Source: an uncultured candidate division Zixibacteria bacterium
Lineage (GTDB): Bacteria; Zixibacteria; MSB-5A5; GN15; FEB-12
Direction of reading: 5' to 3'
Assembly: GCA_963806185.1 (NCBI GenBank)
Contig: CAWDXE010000007.1
Span: 64,001-128,000 of the forward strand
DNA length: 64,000 bases
Shown here piece after piece: positions 39,161 through 49,425 of this stretch (positions are counted from its first letter, which is position 1; each line of letters opens with the position of its first letter). Both the position numbers and the translations under genes were made by a program. Below the pieces are notes generated by a model that did no database searches, was not told the origin of the DNA, and was given only the letters and a program-made list of their open reading frames with translations.

Positions 39161-40097
39161 GGGCGTACGTATCGATAGCCGACTGGATGCGGACGCGCAC
39201 GAGCCGGTCGGTTTCAGCGTCGAGCATAGTCTGATGGTACCCGTGAGTGTTTTTCGGGTCGGCCTGAATGAGAGCGACGGCAGCGGAGCCCCGGCGGTCG
39301 GGATCGGCGGCTTTTGATTGGGTGAAGAGCAACTGCACGGCTTCTTCGCCGCCCAGTTTCCCCAGTACCGAACAGGCGACGTCGCCGAGAAGGGCGCTGG
39401 GTGAAGCGAGGGAGTCATTCAAAGTCCTGAGGACTGTTGTAGTATCGAGCGAGAGCAGAGATGCTGCGGCCGACATGCGGGCGCCGTAGAAGGGGTCGCC
39501 GAGCAGGCCCACCAGTTTCGCGGTGCTCCCGTTAAGTTTCAATTTGCCGGCCGAGACGGCCGCGGCCTTGCGGACAATTTCATTACTGTCGGCGAGGGCA
39601 GCGTCGACCACAGCGGCACCGCGCTGGTCGCGGATGCTGCCGAGAGCGCCGACCGATTGCTCGCGGACCTGCCAGCGGTGGTGGCGAGAGATTTCGACCA
39701 GAGGGAGTGTGGCGGACGAATCGGCGATTTCGCCGAGGGAACCGCAAATTCGTTCGACGCGAAGGCCGCAGGTATCGCCGAGATTGTGCACCAATTCAGG
39801 TACGGCGGCGGAGCCGATCTTCTTGAGAATTTCCATGATGGTGACACGTTCGCGGGCGGATTTAGTGTCCAGCTTCTGGACCAGGCGCGGAGCGGCCTGA
39901 GCGCCGAGCGCGGCAATGCTGTCTTTGGCGGGCTGGACCATTTTCTGAAACTTGACCTCACCTGACGACGCGATAACGAACAACGAATCGATCTTCTTGT
40001 CGAGCACGGTTTTGCCGGCCGCGGAACTTGCCCACACTCCGACAATGAGAAACAGAAGGGTCGGAACACAAATCACATATCGCCGTAGGGGTGTCAT
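39147..40097 (-). CDS. Secreted HEAT-repeat protein
   Basis: Signal peptide; repeated VRxxAxxALG units. Confidence 0.8.
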   Translation of the reverse strand: MTPLRRYVICVPTLLFLIVGVWASSAAGKTVLDKKIDSLFVIASSGEVKFQKMVQPAKDSIAALGAQAAPRLVQKLDTKSARERVTIMEILKKIGSAAVPELVHNLGDTCGLRVERICGSLGEIADSSATLPLVEISRHHRWQVREQSVGALGSIRDQRGAAVVDAALADSNEIVRKAAAVSAGKLKLNGSTAKLVGLLGDPFYGARMSAAASLLSLDTTTVLRTLNDSLASPSALLGDVACSVLGKLGGEEAVQLLFTQSKAADPDRRGSAAVALIQADPKNTHGYHQTMLDAETDRLVRVRIQSAIDTYAHGTQ

Positions 40098-42040
40098 TTT
40101 GCACCTGTAGTCGTGGTGGTGTCCGGAGGGGGAGTCAGTTGAATATCGAGGCCACCGCCCCAGACGGACTTGGATTGCCAGTAGAAATTGTCTTTGCCAT
40201 TGCCGGCGTATTGGTCGAGGCCGCCGAGATCGATGAACAGGCCGATCGAGCCATAGTCGCGGCGGGGGTTGCCATACCCTTGAGTGTTGGCGTAGTTTTT
40301 CGCAAAGTAACGGTCGTCGCCTTCATTATCAGCGAGGATTCCGACGCCGTTGGCGGAACCAGCTCCCTGTGACAGATCGTAAGCAGTGTACGTGTCATTG
40401 CCGTGACGGTCGAGCAGCATGCCGCACGAGTAGTCGTGGCCGCACCCTTGCATGAGACCTTTGCCGAAGTAGACGTCGTTGCCAAAGTCATCTACAAGGA
40501 TGCCGACGGTCATATGCGTGGCGCACCCCTGACCGTATTGGAAGAGTGAATAACTGTCGTTGCCCGAGGAATCGTAGAGGACACCCAGGCCCCACCAGTA
40601 GGAAGCGCCCTGGGCGAAGATGTCGCCGAAATACTGGTCATTTCCGGTGAGATCGACAATGGCGCCGATGCCGCCGGAGAGGTAGGGGCGAAGTCCCTGG
40701 CCAAAGCCCTGCGAGAGGGAGAGGTAGCGATCTTCGTAACGGAGGATGTCTTTGTACTTGCCGCCGGCGAAATAGAGATCGTTGCCGGCCATGTCGTAGA
40801 TTATCCCGGCGCCCTGGGTGAAGCCGAAGCCTTGCGAATATACGGCCGAGCGGTAGGTGTCGCGGCCACCCTCATCAATCAAGAGACCCAGGCCGAACGA
40901 GGCTGCCCCTTCGACGTGGGTATCTCCGTCGTAGCAGTCGTCGCCGGCTGCGTCATATAACAGGCCGAAGCCGAAGTAGCCGGAGCCGAGGCCGAATGAT
41001 TTGCAGTCGTACCGATCGTCGCCGCCGAAATCGAGCAGGAGGCCGACAGACAGGCAGCCGGAGCCGACGGTGAAATCGGACTTGCCACGGTAGCTGTCAT
41101 TGCCGCCCAGATCGATGATCAGCACGGGGTGCGGCTTGGCCGGGTCGTAAGTCAGATCGTAAACGTCATCGCCACCGAGGTCGAGAATAAACGTGTAATC
41201 GCCCGTGTAGTAATCGTTGCCTGGGCCACCGATTTTCCATCCGGTCTGTTGACCGAGGGTGATCTGGCGATCGGTCTGTTCGCCAACCGGATTCCCGCTC
41301 TTAATCAATGCCTCCGGGGTGACGCGATTGGAATCGAGGAGGCCCTGGATATGACGAACCTGGAGCAGGATGTCGCGCAGGCATTCGATGCCGGCGGCGA
41401 TAACGGGATCTTTGTCAATCTTGGAGCCGAACAGGGCGAAGGACTGGGCGTACTTCTCTTCAAGCTGCTCCAGCGAGTCCATCGCTTCGGCCGAGAGTTG
41501 TTCGTCTTCCTCGCGCATCGTCAGCATGAATTTGAACTCGTTGAGCAGGAATTTGCGTTCTTTCGCTGTGAGGCGGGCGAGAGCCATCTCAGTCGACTTG
41601 GGGATGACGATATTCAGATAGTACGACGCTCGACTGAGGAGTTCATTGGTGGCCAGGTGCGAGTAATACAGATTGTAATTGCCGCGGATTTCCTCAGCGG
41701 AAGCCTTGTAGAAGCCGGATCTCCCGGTGTGACCCTGCCAGGCCAGATCTTCGAACATAATGCGGGATAGAATTTCCGGCTGGCCCTGTACATGGGCCTG
41801 TCGGAGGGAAGCGGTATAATCGATCATCCCGAGCGGCTTGTGCATCAGATTGGCGACCAGGTCAAGGCGGAAGGAGTCGAGGTCGGTGTAATCGTCGCGA
41901 AAGCCGATATCATCCGGAGTCAGGCCGAGCGACTGGGTCAGGCGGCGGAGTCCGGTGAACTCCGGCGCGGGCTGCGTAGAATCCTGAGCGACGGCGGTCG
42001 TATACAGGATCAACAGAAGAGTGAGGACGATACGTTTCAT
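40094..42040 (-). CDS. Secreted protein with tandem Gly/Asp-rich repeats
   Basis: Signal peptide; many DxxGxDxY and (S/G)QGxG units. Confidence 0.75.
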   Translation of the reverse strand: MKRIVLTLLLILYTTAVAQDSTQPAPEFTGLRRLTQSLGLTPDDIGFRDDYTDLDSFRLDLVANLMHKPLGMIDYTASLRQAHVQGQPEILSRIMFEDLAWQGHTGRSGFYKASAEEIRGNYNLYYSHLATNELLSRASYYLNIVIPKSTEMALARLTAKERKFLLNEFKFMLTMREEDEQLSAEAMDSLEQLEEKYAQSFALFGSKIDKDPVIAAGIECLRDILLQVRHIQGLLDSNRVTPEALIKSGNPVGEQTDRQITLGQQTGWKIGGPGNDYYTGDYTFILDLGGDDVYDLTYDPAKPHPVLIIDLGGNDSYRGKSDFTVGSGCLSVGLLLDFGGDDRYDCKSFGLGSGYFGFGLLYDAAGDDCYDGDTHVEGAASFGLGLLIDEGGRDTYRSAVYSQGFGFTQGAGIIYDMAGNDLYFAGGKYKDILRYEDRYLSLSQGFGQGLRPYLSGGIGAIVDLTGNDQYFGDIFAQGASYWWGLGVLYDSSGNDSYSLFQYGQGCATHMTVGILVDDFGNDVYFGKGLMQGCGHDYSCGMLLDRHGNDTYTAYDLSQGAGSANGVGILADNEGDDRYFAKNYANTQGYGNPRRDYGSIGLFIDLGGLDQYAGNGKDNFYWQSKSVWGGGLDIQLTPPPDTTTTTGAK

Positions 42041-42311
42041 AGTGGTAGGGATAATAGGCCGAAACCTGTTGGCCGTCAACAAGAACCGTCGAATGTCGAA
42101 GAATCCCGGAAACACCGCTGAAGTGAAGCAAGGGCGGTCGAAAAAAAATGTAACTCAAGGCGCTTCAATCTGTTAATCCGTCAGATCGGTCTTGCCAAGA
42201 GAGTCCGGCTACTATATATTATTCGGCTAAGGGTGAGGCGAAAGTTGAGGAACTTTTCGTCTCAGTATGGTATTGTTTGAAGAGTAGCAATTGGTGAATA
42301 GAGGTAATGAC

Positions 42312-42524
42312 GTGAAAGCTGGTATCCATCCGGATTACAAAGAGGTGACCATCACGTGCGCCTGCGGGGCGACCTATCCGACTCGTTCGACGCGCAAGAC
42401 GATCAACGTAGAAATTTGCTCCAACTGCCACCCGTTCTTCACGGGTCGTCAGAAACTGATCGACACGGCTGGTCGCGTGGATCGGTTCCGTCGAAAATAC
42501 GCGAAGATGGAGCCCAAGAAGTAA
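42312..42524 (+). CDS. rpmE: 50S ribosomal protein L31 (Zn-binding type)
   Basis: [28 protein letters not shown]. Confidence 0.96.
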   Translation: MKAGIHPDYKEVTITCACGATYPTRSTRKTINVEICSNCHPFFTGRQKLIDTAGRVDRFRRKYAKMEPKK

Positions 42525-42622
42525 AGCGATCCTGGCCGTATAATGCGGCCGGCAATCGATGAAGAGAGAAAGTCGCCGACTGCCTGTCAGTCGGCCTTTT
42601 GTATACGGCAGGAAAGAGACTG

Positions 42623-43591
42623 ATGCCCGATCTGAATGTTGGTGGACAAGCGGTAATCGAAGGGGTCATGATGCGCGCCAAGGATAAGGTGGCGACCGCC
42701 GTCCGAGTTGCATCGGGTGAAATCCTCATCAAGACGCAAGACTACAAATCACTGGCCGGTCGGCACAAGTGGTTGAAGATTCCGATTCTGCGCGGGGCGG
42801 TTGCCTTCGTGGAGATGCTGCTTCTGGGCATCAGTACGCTGAATTTCTCCGCCGACATCGCAATGAAGGAATTGGAGAAGGCGGAGGCCGCCCAGAAGGG
42901 GGAAGCATACGTTGAGAAGACGAAGTCGTCGTCCAACGTCAAGCTGGCTTTCACCGCCCTGTTTGCGCTGGCGATCGGGCTGGCTTTCTTTCTCTTCCTG
43001 CCGCTGGCTCTGGCGAATATTTTTGGGGTGAGCAAAGATGCGGTGGCGTTCAATTTGATTGCGGGCACGGTTCGGTTGGTGATGTTTGTCGCATATGTGT
43101 GGGTGATTTCGTTCTTCAAGGATATTCAGCGGATCTTTCAGTATCACGGCGCGGAGCACAAATCCATCTACGCGTACGAGATGGGCGACGAGTTGACGCC
43201 GGAGCGGGCGGCCGGTCACACCCGGTTTCACCCGAGGTGCGGGACGTCGTTCATTCTCATCGTGGCCTTGTTCGCCGTGCTGATTTACGCCATATCGGAC
43301 AGTATTTATCAGGTAGTTGCGGGTGTACCGCCTCATCTATTGCTGCGGTTTGGCATTCATCTGTGTTTGTTGCCGTTGGTGGCGGGCGGATCGTATGAGT
43401 TGCTCAAGCTTTCCGGCAAGACACGCGACAACGCGGTAACGAAGGTACTAATCAAGCCAGGGCTCTGGCTGCAGAAGATTACGACCAAAGAGCCGAGTCA
43501 CGACCAACTGGAAGTGGCGATTGCAGCGCTGGAAGCGGCGCTGGGTATCACCGAGTCGCGGATCACCTCCCGCAAGACTGCCGTCTACTAG
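42623..43591 (+). CDS. DUF1385 membrane protein
   Basis: GGQAVIEGVMM, YHGAEHK, HPRCGTSF; rpmE-prfA context. Confidence 0.9.
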   Translation: MPDLNVGGQAVIEGVMMRAKDKVATAVRVASGEILIKTQDYKSLAGRHKWLKIPILRGAVAFVEMLLLGISTLNFSADIAMKELEKAEAAQKGEAYVEKTKSSSNVKLAFTALFALAIGLAFFLFLPLALANIFGVSKDAVAFNLIAGTVRLVMFVAYVWVISFFKDIQRIFQYHGAEHKSIYAYEMGDELTPERAAGHTRFHPRCGTSFILIVALFAVLIYAISDSIYQVVAGVPPHLLLRFGIHLCLLPLVAGGSYELLKLSGKTRDNAVTKVLIKPGLWLQKITTKEPSHDQLEVAIAALEAALGITESRITSRKTAVY

Positions 43592-43656
43592 CGAGCGCCT
43601 CGCTTGCCCTAATTCCAACATCCCATTACATTGTTATTTCCCGGGTAGAAGTCCGT

Positions 43657-44745
43657 ATGATAGAAATTGTAGACAAACTTGAGCAACGCCTGGCCGCACT
43701 GGACCAGGAACTGGCCGATCCGGCGAATCAGGCCGATCGAAAGAGACTCATCGAGTTGAATCGCGAGCGCCGAGGTCTGGCTGAAGTGGTCGCGGTGGGC
43801 AGAGAGTACCGCAAGGTGCGGCAGGCGGTCGACGAGGCGCAGCAGATTATTCGTGACGGGGGCGATGAAGACCTGCTGACGATGGCAAGGGAGGAATTGG
43901 CGAAATATGAAGGCGAAGTCGAAGGGCTGGAGCAGAAATTCAAGCTGATCCTGTTGCCGCGCGATCCGAATGACGACAAGGCGGCGGTAGTGGAAATTCG
44001 CGCCGGGACCGGAGGGGATGAAGCAGGATTATTCGCCGCCGACATGTTTCGCATGTACCAGCGGTATACCGATCTCAAGGGGTGGAAGCTGGAAATCCTG
44101 TCCACCAGTGAATCGACGATGGGTGGATTCAAGGAAGTGATCTTTTCGGTGGCGGGTGACGACGTCTACGGCCATCTGAAGTACGAGTCGGGTGTTCACC
44201 GGGTGCAGCGGGTGCCGGCCACGGAGGCGCAGGGGAGAATTCACACGTCGGCCGTAACAGTCGCCGTCTTTCCCGAGGCCGAGGAAGTGGATATTGAAAT
44301 CAAGGAGAGTGAGCTGAAGATCGACGTCTACCGGTCATCGGGGCCGGGAGGGCAGTCGGTCAATACGACTGATTCGGCGGTGCGGGTGACCCACATTCCG
44401 ACCAATACGGTGGTCACATGTCAGGATGAAAAGTCGCAGCTCAAGAATAAGCAGAAAGCGCTTAAGGTCCTTCGCGCCCGATTGTACGACCGCAAGATGG
44501 CCGAACAGCAGGCGAAGATCGCCGCTGAGCGACGTTCGATGGTATCGACCGGGGATCGTTCGGCGAAGATACGGACGTACAATTTCCCGCAGTCACGAGT
44601 GACGGATCATCGCATAAATATCAGCTTGTACAAATTGCCGGAAATCATGGCAGGCGCGCTCGATGACCTGATCGAGCCGCTCCGCCGGCACGATCAGGAA
44701 GAACGGCTTAAACTTGAAGCGCAACAGGCGGCGTCGCACGTATGA
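43657..44745 (+). CDS. prfA: Peptide chain release factor 1
   Basis: GGQ motif, PAT (PxT) specificity tripeptide, RTYNFPQ. Confidence 0.97.
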   Translation: MIEIVDKLEQRLAALDQELADPANQADRKRLIELNRERRGLAEVVAVGREYRKVRQAVDEAQQIIRDGGDEDLLTMAREELAKYEGEVEGLEQKFKLILLPRDPNDDKAAVVEIRAGTGGDEAGLFAADMFRMYQRYTDLKGWKLEILSTSESTMGGFKEVIFSVAGDDVYGHLKYESGVHRVQRVPATEAQGRIHTSAVTVAVFPEAEEVDIEIKESELKIDVYRSSGPGGQSVNTTDSAVRVTHIPTNTVVTCQDEKSQLKNKQKALKVLRARLYDRKMAEQQAKIAAERRSMVSTGDRSAKIRTYNFPQSRVTDHRINISLYKLPEIMAGALDDLIEPLRRHDQEERLKLEAQQAASHV

Positions 44746-45737
44746 AGTGGAAATTCGTCGGATTGGCGATCGTGATCACGGTCATCATGTTGTTCATTGC
44801 CCGGACCAACTCCCGAGGGCGATCGGAACATGTGAAACGAACTATCGGCGATATCACCTTTGAGATGAATACCGTGCCGAAGATTGTTGAACATGAGAAG
44901 GATACGGTGCGAGTGACGGTCACGGGAATCGGCAAGAACGACAAAGTGCTCTTTCGAAACATCATGCGCGATCCGTCCGGCCACGACACGGTGGTAACGT
45001 CGCAGTTATTACAGTCGTGGGGAACTGACACGTATCGAGCCGAGGTGGTGGCGGGCAGCAAAGGGTTGCGACGCCTCTACGCCATAGATGTAGTTGACAG
45101 CGCCAATCAGCATCGGGCACGCTTTCTGGGAGAGAAGGGGGAGCCCTTCTATATCCGGTATATCGGGAGAGTGCCGGGATCGGTGTTAGCCTTGCACGTC
45201 ATATTCATTTTTGCGACGGTGTTCTTTGTGGCCATGGGGGCATTGTATGCCTGGCAGTTGTTCAAGGGAGCGGAGGTACTGAGGCAGATCGCCTTCCATT
45301 TCTTCTGGGCGGTTGTCTGCTGCTGGCTGGGCGGTTATCCGTTTGGCTTCGCCATGAATTACTATGCGTTTGGCGGATTGTGGGAGGGTGTGCCGTTCGG
45401 CACCGATGCCACCGACAACAAGACGCAGTTGATCCTGGTGTATCTGATCATGGTGGCGGTGGTGGCGGCCGGGCACTATGGGAAGGGGATGCTGGGGCGT
45501 GCGGTGTTCAGCCAACGGACGCTGGCGGTGATCGCTATAGGCGCCGTGCCGGTAATGGCGTTCATCTACCTGATACCACATTCGATACAGTTCTCAGCCG
45601 GGTTCACCTACGCGTTCTGTTATGCCTTTACCGGGATAGTGGTGGCCATCTACCTGATCGGTTTTCTCACCAGCAAGCCGGTGACGGTGGCGATATCGAC
45701 CGATCCGGGCAACGCGAAGCCGGCGCGTCGAAAATAG
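44742..45737 (+). CDS. Hypothetical membrane protein between prfA and prmC
   Basis: N-terminal TM, soluble domain, several C-terminal TMs with WEGVPFGTDATDNKT; ATGA overlap. Confidence 0.75.
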   Translation: MKWKFVGLAIVITVIMLFIARTNSRGRSEHVKRTIGDITFEMNTVPKIVEHEKDTVRVTVTGIGKNDKVLFRNIMRDPSGHDTVVTSQLLQSWGTDTYRAEVVAGSKGLRRLYAIDVVDSANQHRARFLGEKGEPFYIRYIGRVPGSVLALHVIFIFATVFFVAMGALYAWQLFKGAEVLRQIAFHFFWAVVCCWLGGYPFGFAMNYYAFGGLWEGVPFGTDATDNKTQLILVYLIMVAVVAAGHYGKGMLGRAVFSQRTLAVIAIGAVPVMAFIYLIPHSIQFSAGFTYAFCYAFTGIVVAIYLIGFLTSKPVTVAISTDPGNAKPARRK

Positions 45738-45741
45738 CAGC

Positions 45742-46614
45742 ATGACGGAAACTGTTGAGCATCTTCCGAAGCTGATCGCCGAAAGGGCCAAGGTACTGAC
45801 GGCGGCCGGCATTCAATCCGCGGCCGCCGAGATCGAATGGATGCTCTGTCACATCCTCGACGTCGACCGACTCAATCTCTATCTTCACGGTTCCCGTCTA
45901 TTGACTCCCGAAAAACTGGTGCGACTGGATGAGCTCATTCAGAAGCGTTTAACGCGCTGGCCGCTGCAGTTCATCCTGAATGAATCCTGGTTTTATGGGC
46001 GGAAGTTCTATGTCACACCGGATGTCATGGCGCCGACGCCGGAGACGGAGCTGCTCTGTGAGGCGGCATTGCGACTCATTGCGCAGCGGAAGCTGCAGGT
46101 CCCTCGAGTGCTGGATGTCGGAACGGGTTCGGGGGTGGTGGCAGTGACGATGGCCAATGAGGCGCCGACGGCCGAGGTGGTGGCACTGGATGTTTCGGAG
46201 GCGGCGCTGGCGGTGGCGCGACGAAATGCGAACGCTCTTGGTGCGGATGATCGCATTCGGTTTCGCCAGTCCGACCTGTTCGAGGCAGTCTCGCCGGACG
46301 AGCGGTTCGATCTCATTCTCTCCAACCCTCCCTACATCGCCGAACCGGATTATGCCGGTCTGGAGCCGGAAGTGAAGGCCGATCCAAAGATCGCCATGAC
46401 GGCCGGGGTGGAAGGGCTGGATATTATTAAGCGGTTGGTGGCCGAGGCGCCGGGGTATCTTGCGCCCGCGGGACGGATCATGTTTGAAATCGGGTATGGA
46501 CAGTCTGAGAAGATTGCGGCACTGACCAGTCAAGATGAGCGGTATTCGTCGCTGGATATATTGCAGGATTTGAACGGTATCGATCGAATAATCGTTTTGA
46601 CGTGCGGAGACTGA
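45742..46614 (+). CDS. prmC: Release factor glutamine methyltransferase
   Basis: LDVGTGSG, SNPPYI, FEIG. Confidence 0.93.
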   Translation: MTETVEHLPKLIAERAKVLTAAGIQSAAAEIEWMLCHILDVDRLNLYLHGSRLLTPEKLVRLDELIQKRLTRWPLQFILNESWFYGRKFYVTPDVMAPTPETELLCEAALRLIAQRKLQVPRVLDVGTGSGVVAVTMANEAPTAEVVALDVSEAALAVARRNANALGADDRIRFRQSDLFEAVSPDERFDLILSNPPYIAEPDYAGLEPEVKADPKIAMTAGVEGLDIIKRLVAEAPGYLAPAGRIMFEIGYGQSEKIAALTSQDERYSSLDILQDLNGIDRIIVLTCGD

Positions 46615-46616
46615 GA

Positions 46617-47267
46617 ATGGCTCGCGAGTCTCAAGCGGCCAAGATCGAACGCGGGAAAGAGGTCGTGAAGCGGCTCAAGCAGACCTACCCGGACGTCCGC
46701 TGCATGCTGATTTTTTCCTCCACACATGAATTGATGATCGCGGTGATGCTCTCGGCACAGAGCACTGACGAGCGGGTCAATATGGTCACGCCGGCATTGT
46801 TCAAGAAGTACCGGACGGTCGAGGCGTTTGCCAAGGCGAGGGCTGAGGATATAGAAGCGATCATTCATTCGGTGGGGTTGAGCGGGGGCAAAGCGAGCAA
46901 TATCAAGCAGTCGGCGATCGAATTGCTGGAGCGGTTTGGCGGGGAGGTTCCAAGGACGCTTGGTGAACTTGTGACGTTGCCGGGAGTGGGGCGGAAGACG
47001 GCCTCCGTGATACTTGGAGTTGGTTTTGGACTGGCCGAAGGGGTAGTAGTCGACACGCATGTGACGCGACTGTCCAACTTGCTCGGATTCACGAAGCAAA
47101 GTGATCCTTTGAGAATTGAGCGCGACCTGGTGAAGATCATTGGGCGTGATGATTGGATTGTATTTTCGCACCTGATGATTTTCCATGGGCGGGCGATCTG
47201 CAAGGCGCGCCGGCCTGAATGCGGGCAATGCGCTGTTCGGCGACTTTGCCCGTCGTCACTGGTGTAG
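46617..47267 (+). CDS. nth: Endonuclease III
   Basis: LSAQSTD, HhH LPGVGRKTA, VDTHV, C-terminal 4Fe-4S Cys cluster. Confidence 0.95.
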   Translation: MARESQAAKIERGKEVVKRLKQTYPDVRCMLIFSSTHELMIAVMLSAQSTDERVNMVTPALFKKYRTVEAFAKARAEDIEAIIHSVGLSGGKASNIKQSAIELLERFGGEVPRTLGELVTLPGVGRKTASVILGVGFGLAEGVVVDTHVTRLSNLLGFTKQSDPLRIERDLVKIIGRDDWIVFSHLMIFHGRAICKARRPECGQCAVRRLCPSSLV

Positions 47268-47557
47268 TCGGAGGGTGTTGACAGGAAGGGGCTTTGAGTC
47301 GACAGGCCAGAGCACACTAGGCAAGGGATGAGCTGATTTAGAAGACCAAATATCCTAACTGCAGTGATGTCTTGATTTTACCGGGGATCCGGTGGTGGAG
47401 CGGGGTGAACGGGAACTTTGGATCTTGAGGGTGGTTTCACAGGGTAAATAATCTCTTGGCGAGCAAGGGATTAAGGCCTATATTTGGGGCTGGGGAAGAG
47501 GAAAACTGTTCAGAATCTGAACGGATTGACGATAAAATTAGTAGAGCAGGAGCTACC

Positions 47558-47875
47558 TTGTTTAACGAGTCGTTTTTGCTGATGGGGGGGCCACAGGGAG
47601 GTGGTTCGGGCAGCAGTGTATTTCTGCTGGTGTATTTGGGGCTGATTTTCGTGCTGATGTACATGCTGTTGATCAGGCCGCAGCGCAAGAAGGCGAAAGA
47701 GCACGAGAAGCTGATCAGTGAGTTGAAAAAAGGTGACAAAGTTGTGACCAACGGCGGGATGTTCGGCATAATCTTCGCGATTGACGACGACAGTGGTCGG
47801 GTCATTTTGAAGATTGGAGAGGATACCAAAATGGAATTCCTCAAGTCGGCCATAGCGGCGAAGGTCGAGAAATAG
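47558..47875 (+). CDS. yajC: Preprotein translocase subunit YajC
   Basis: IRPQRKK, LKKGDKVVTNGG; AGGAG RBS + TTG. Confidence 0.92.
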   Translation: MFNESFLLMGGPQGGGSGSSVFLLVYLGLIFVLMYMLLIRPQRKKAKEHEKLISELKKGDKVVTNGGMFGIIFAIDDDSGRVILKIGEDTKMEFLKSAIAAKVEK

Positions 47876-47895
47876 GAACAGTGTGAGGAGTTACC

Positions 47896-48402
47896 GTGGC
47901 TGAGCGTCGGATCGTCATATACGGCGACCCGGTTCTACGGGAAGTATCTCGACCGGTTGAGGAAGTCAACCAGGAGATCAAGGATCTCGTGTCCGATATG
48001 GTGGACACGGTCAAGCAAGCGCGAGGATTGGGACTGGCGGCAGTCCAGGTCGGTGTGGCGAAGCGGATTTTTATTGTCGATTTTTCCGCTATCGATATCA
48101 ACGGCTCTTTGATGGTCTTTATCAATCCGGAAATACTGGAAGCATCCGGCCAGGTGGAAATGGAAGAAGGGTGTTTGTCATTTCCGGAAATTTATCAGAA
48201 AATTACCCGCCCGGCGCGTGTACGGATTCGCGCCCTTGACGGCAATGGCCGGCCGTTCGAACTGACGGCTGAGGGTCTGCCGGGGCGAGCCATTTTGCAT
48301 GAGTTTGACCATCTCGAAGGCCGGTTAATCATCGATCATATCACCCCGATCGCTCGAACGTTGCTTCGCGGCCGACTCCGGAAACTAGCGGCAGCTTCAT
48401 AA
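47896..48402 (+). CDS. def: Peptide deformylase
   Basis: GLGLAAVQ, EGCLS, HEFDHLEG. Confidence 0.96.
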   Translation: MAERRIVIYGDPVLREVSRPVEEVNQEIKDLVSDMVDTVKQARGLGLAAVQVGVAKRIFIVDFSAIDINGSLMVFINPEILEASGQVEMEEGCLSFPEIYQKITRPARVRIRALDGNGRPFELTAEGLPGRAILHEFDHLEGRLIIDHITPIARTLLRGRLRKLAAAS

Positions 48403-48465
48403 TCTGCTTCCGCGTTAGAGCCCACGCGCCGACAGGCGCCGGCACTCTCTCACGGCTGTCCCAAC

Positions 48466-49425
48466 ATGCGAATCGTCTTTATGGGTACGCCCGAGTTTGC
48501 TCGGGCGGTTCTGGCCCATCTATGTGAGAGTAAACACCAGGTGGTGGCGGTGGTGACCGGCCGGGACAAGCGGTCGCGCCGTGGAGGGGAAGTTCTGCCT
48601 ACAGCCGTACGCGTGGAGGCCGAGAAGCAGGGCTTGCCGGTTTTGACTCCTGCCAGGTTGACGGATGACGCCTTTTTTGAGCAACTCAAAAAGTTGGTGC
48701 CGGACCTGTTTGTCGTGGCAGCCTTCAAGATTCTTTCGCCACGTCTCTTTACCCTCCCGAAGTACGGTTCCATCAACATTCATGGTTCGCTGTTGCCCAA
48801 GTATCGCGGCGCCGCCCCGATTCACTGGGCGCTCGTCAACGGCGAAACCGAAACCGGGTTGTCGAGTTTCTTTCTGAAGGAGACGGTCGACACCGGAGCG
48901 ATCATTTTGCAGGAGAGAACGACCATCGAGCCGGACGCGACGTACGACACCCTGTACGCCAAACTGGCTGAAATGGCCGGTCCGTTCTGTGTGCGCACCA
49001 TCGACCTGATTGAAGCCGGCAAGGCGAAGGCGTTGCCACAGGACGAGAGTCAGGTGACCCGGGCGCCGAAGATCGGACCGTTTGACGCGATGGTCGATTT
49101 CGGCTTTCCGGCAGAACATGTTCGCAATTTTATTCGCGGGTTGGCGACCAAACCAGGAGCGTACACCTATTTTCGCGAGAAGAAGGTGAAACTCCATGCC
49201 GCCCGTGTAGTCCAGACCGAATGTACAGGGCAGCTCGTGCCGGGAACAGTGATTCCCGACCGTAAGCGTCTGCTGGTGCAGTGTAACAGCTCGGTCATCG
49301 AATTACTGAAGCTTGTGCCGGAAGGGAAGAAAGAGATGGACGGGGTGTCGTTCGTCAACGGCTTTAAGCCGCTTTCGGCCGAGCGATTTGGCCAGATGCC
49401 TTCAGGGGCTAAGGAGACTGCGTGA
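48466..49425 (+). CDS. fmt: Methionyl-tRNA formyltransferase
   Basis: FMGTPEFA, NIHGSLLPKYRGAAP. Confidence 0.96.
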   Translation: MRIVFMGTPEFARAVLAHLCESKHQVVAVVTGRDKRSRRGGEVLPTAVRVEAEKQGLPVLTPARLTDDAFFEQLKKLVPDLFVVAAFKILSPRLFTLPKYGSINIHGSLLPKYRGAAPIHWALVNGETETGLSSFFLKETVDTGAIILQERTTIEPDATYDTLYAKLAEMAGPFCVRTIDLIEAGKAKALPQDESQVTRAPKIGPFDAMVDFGFPAEHVRNFIRGLATKPGAYTYFREKKVKLHAARVVQTECTGQLVPGTVIPDRKRLLVQCNSSVIELLKLVPEGKKEMDGVSFVNGFKPLSAERFGQMPSGAKETA

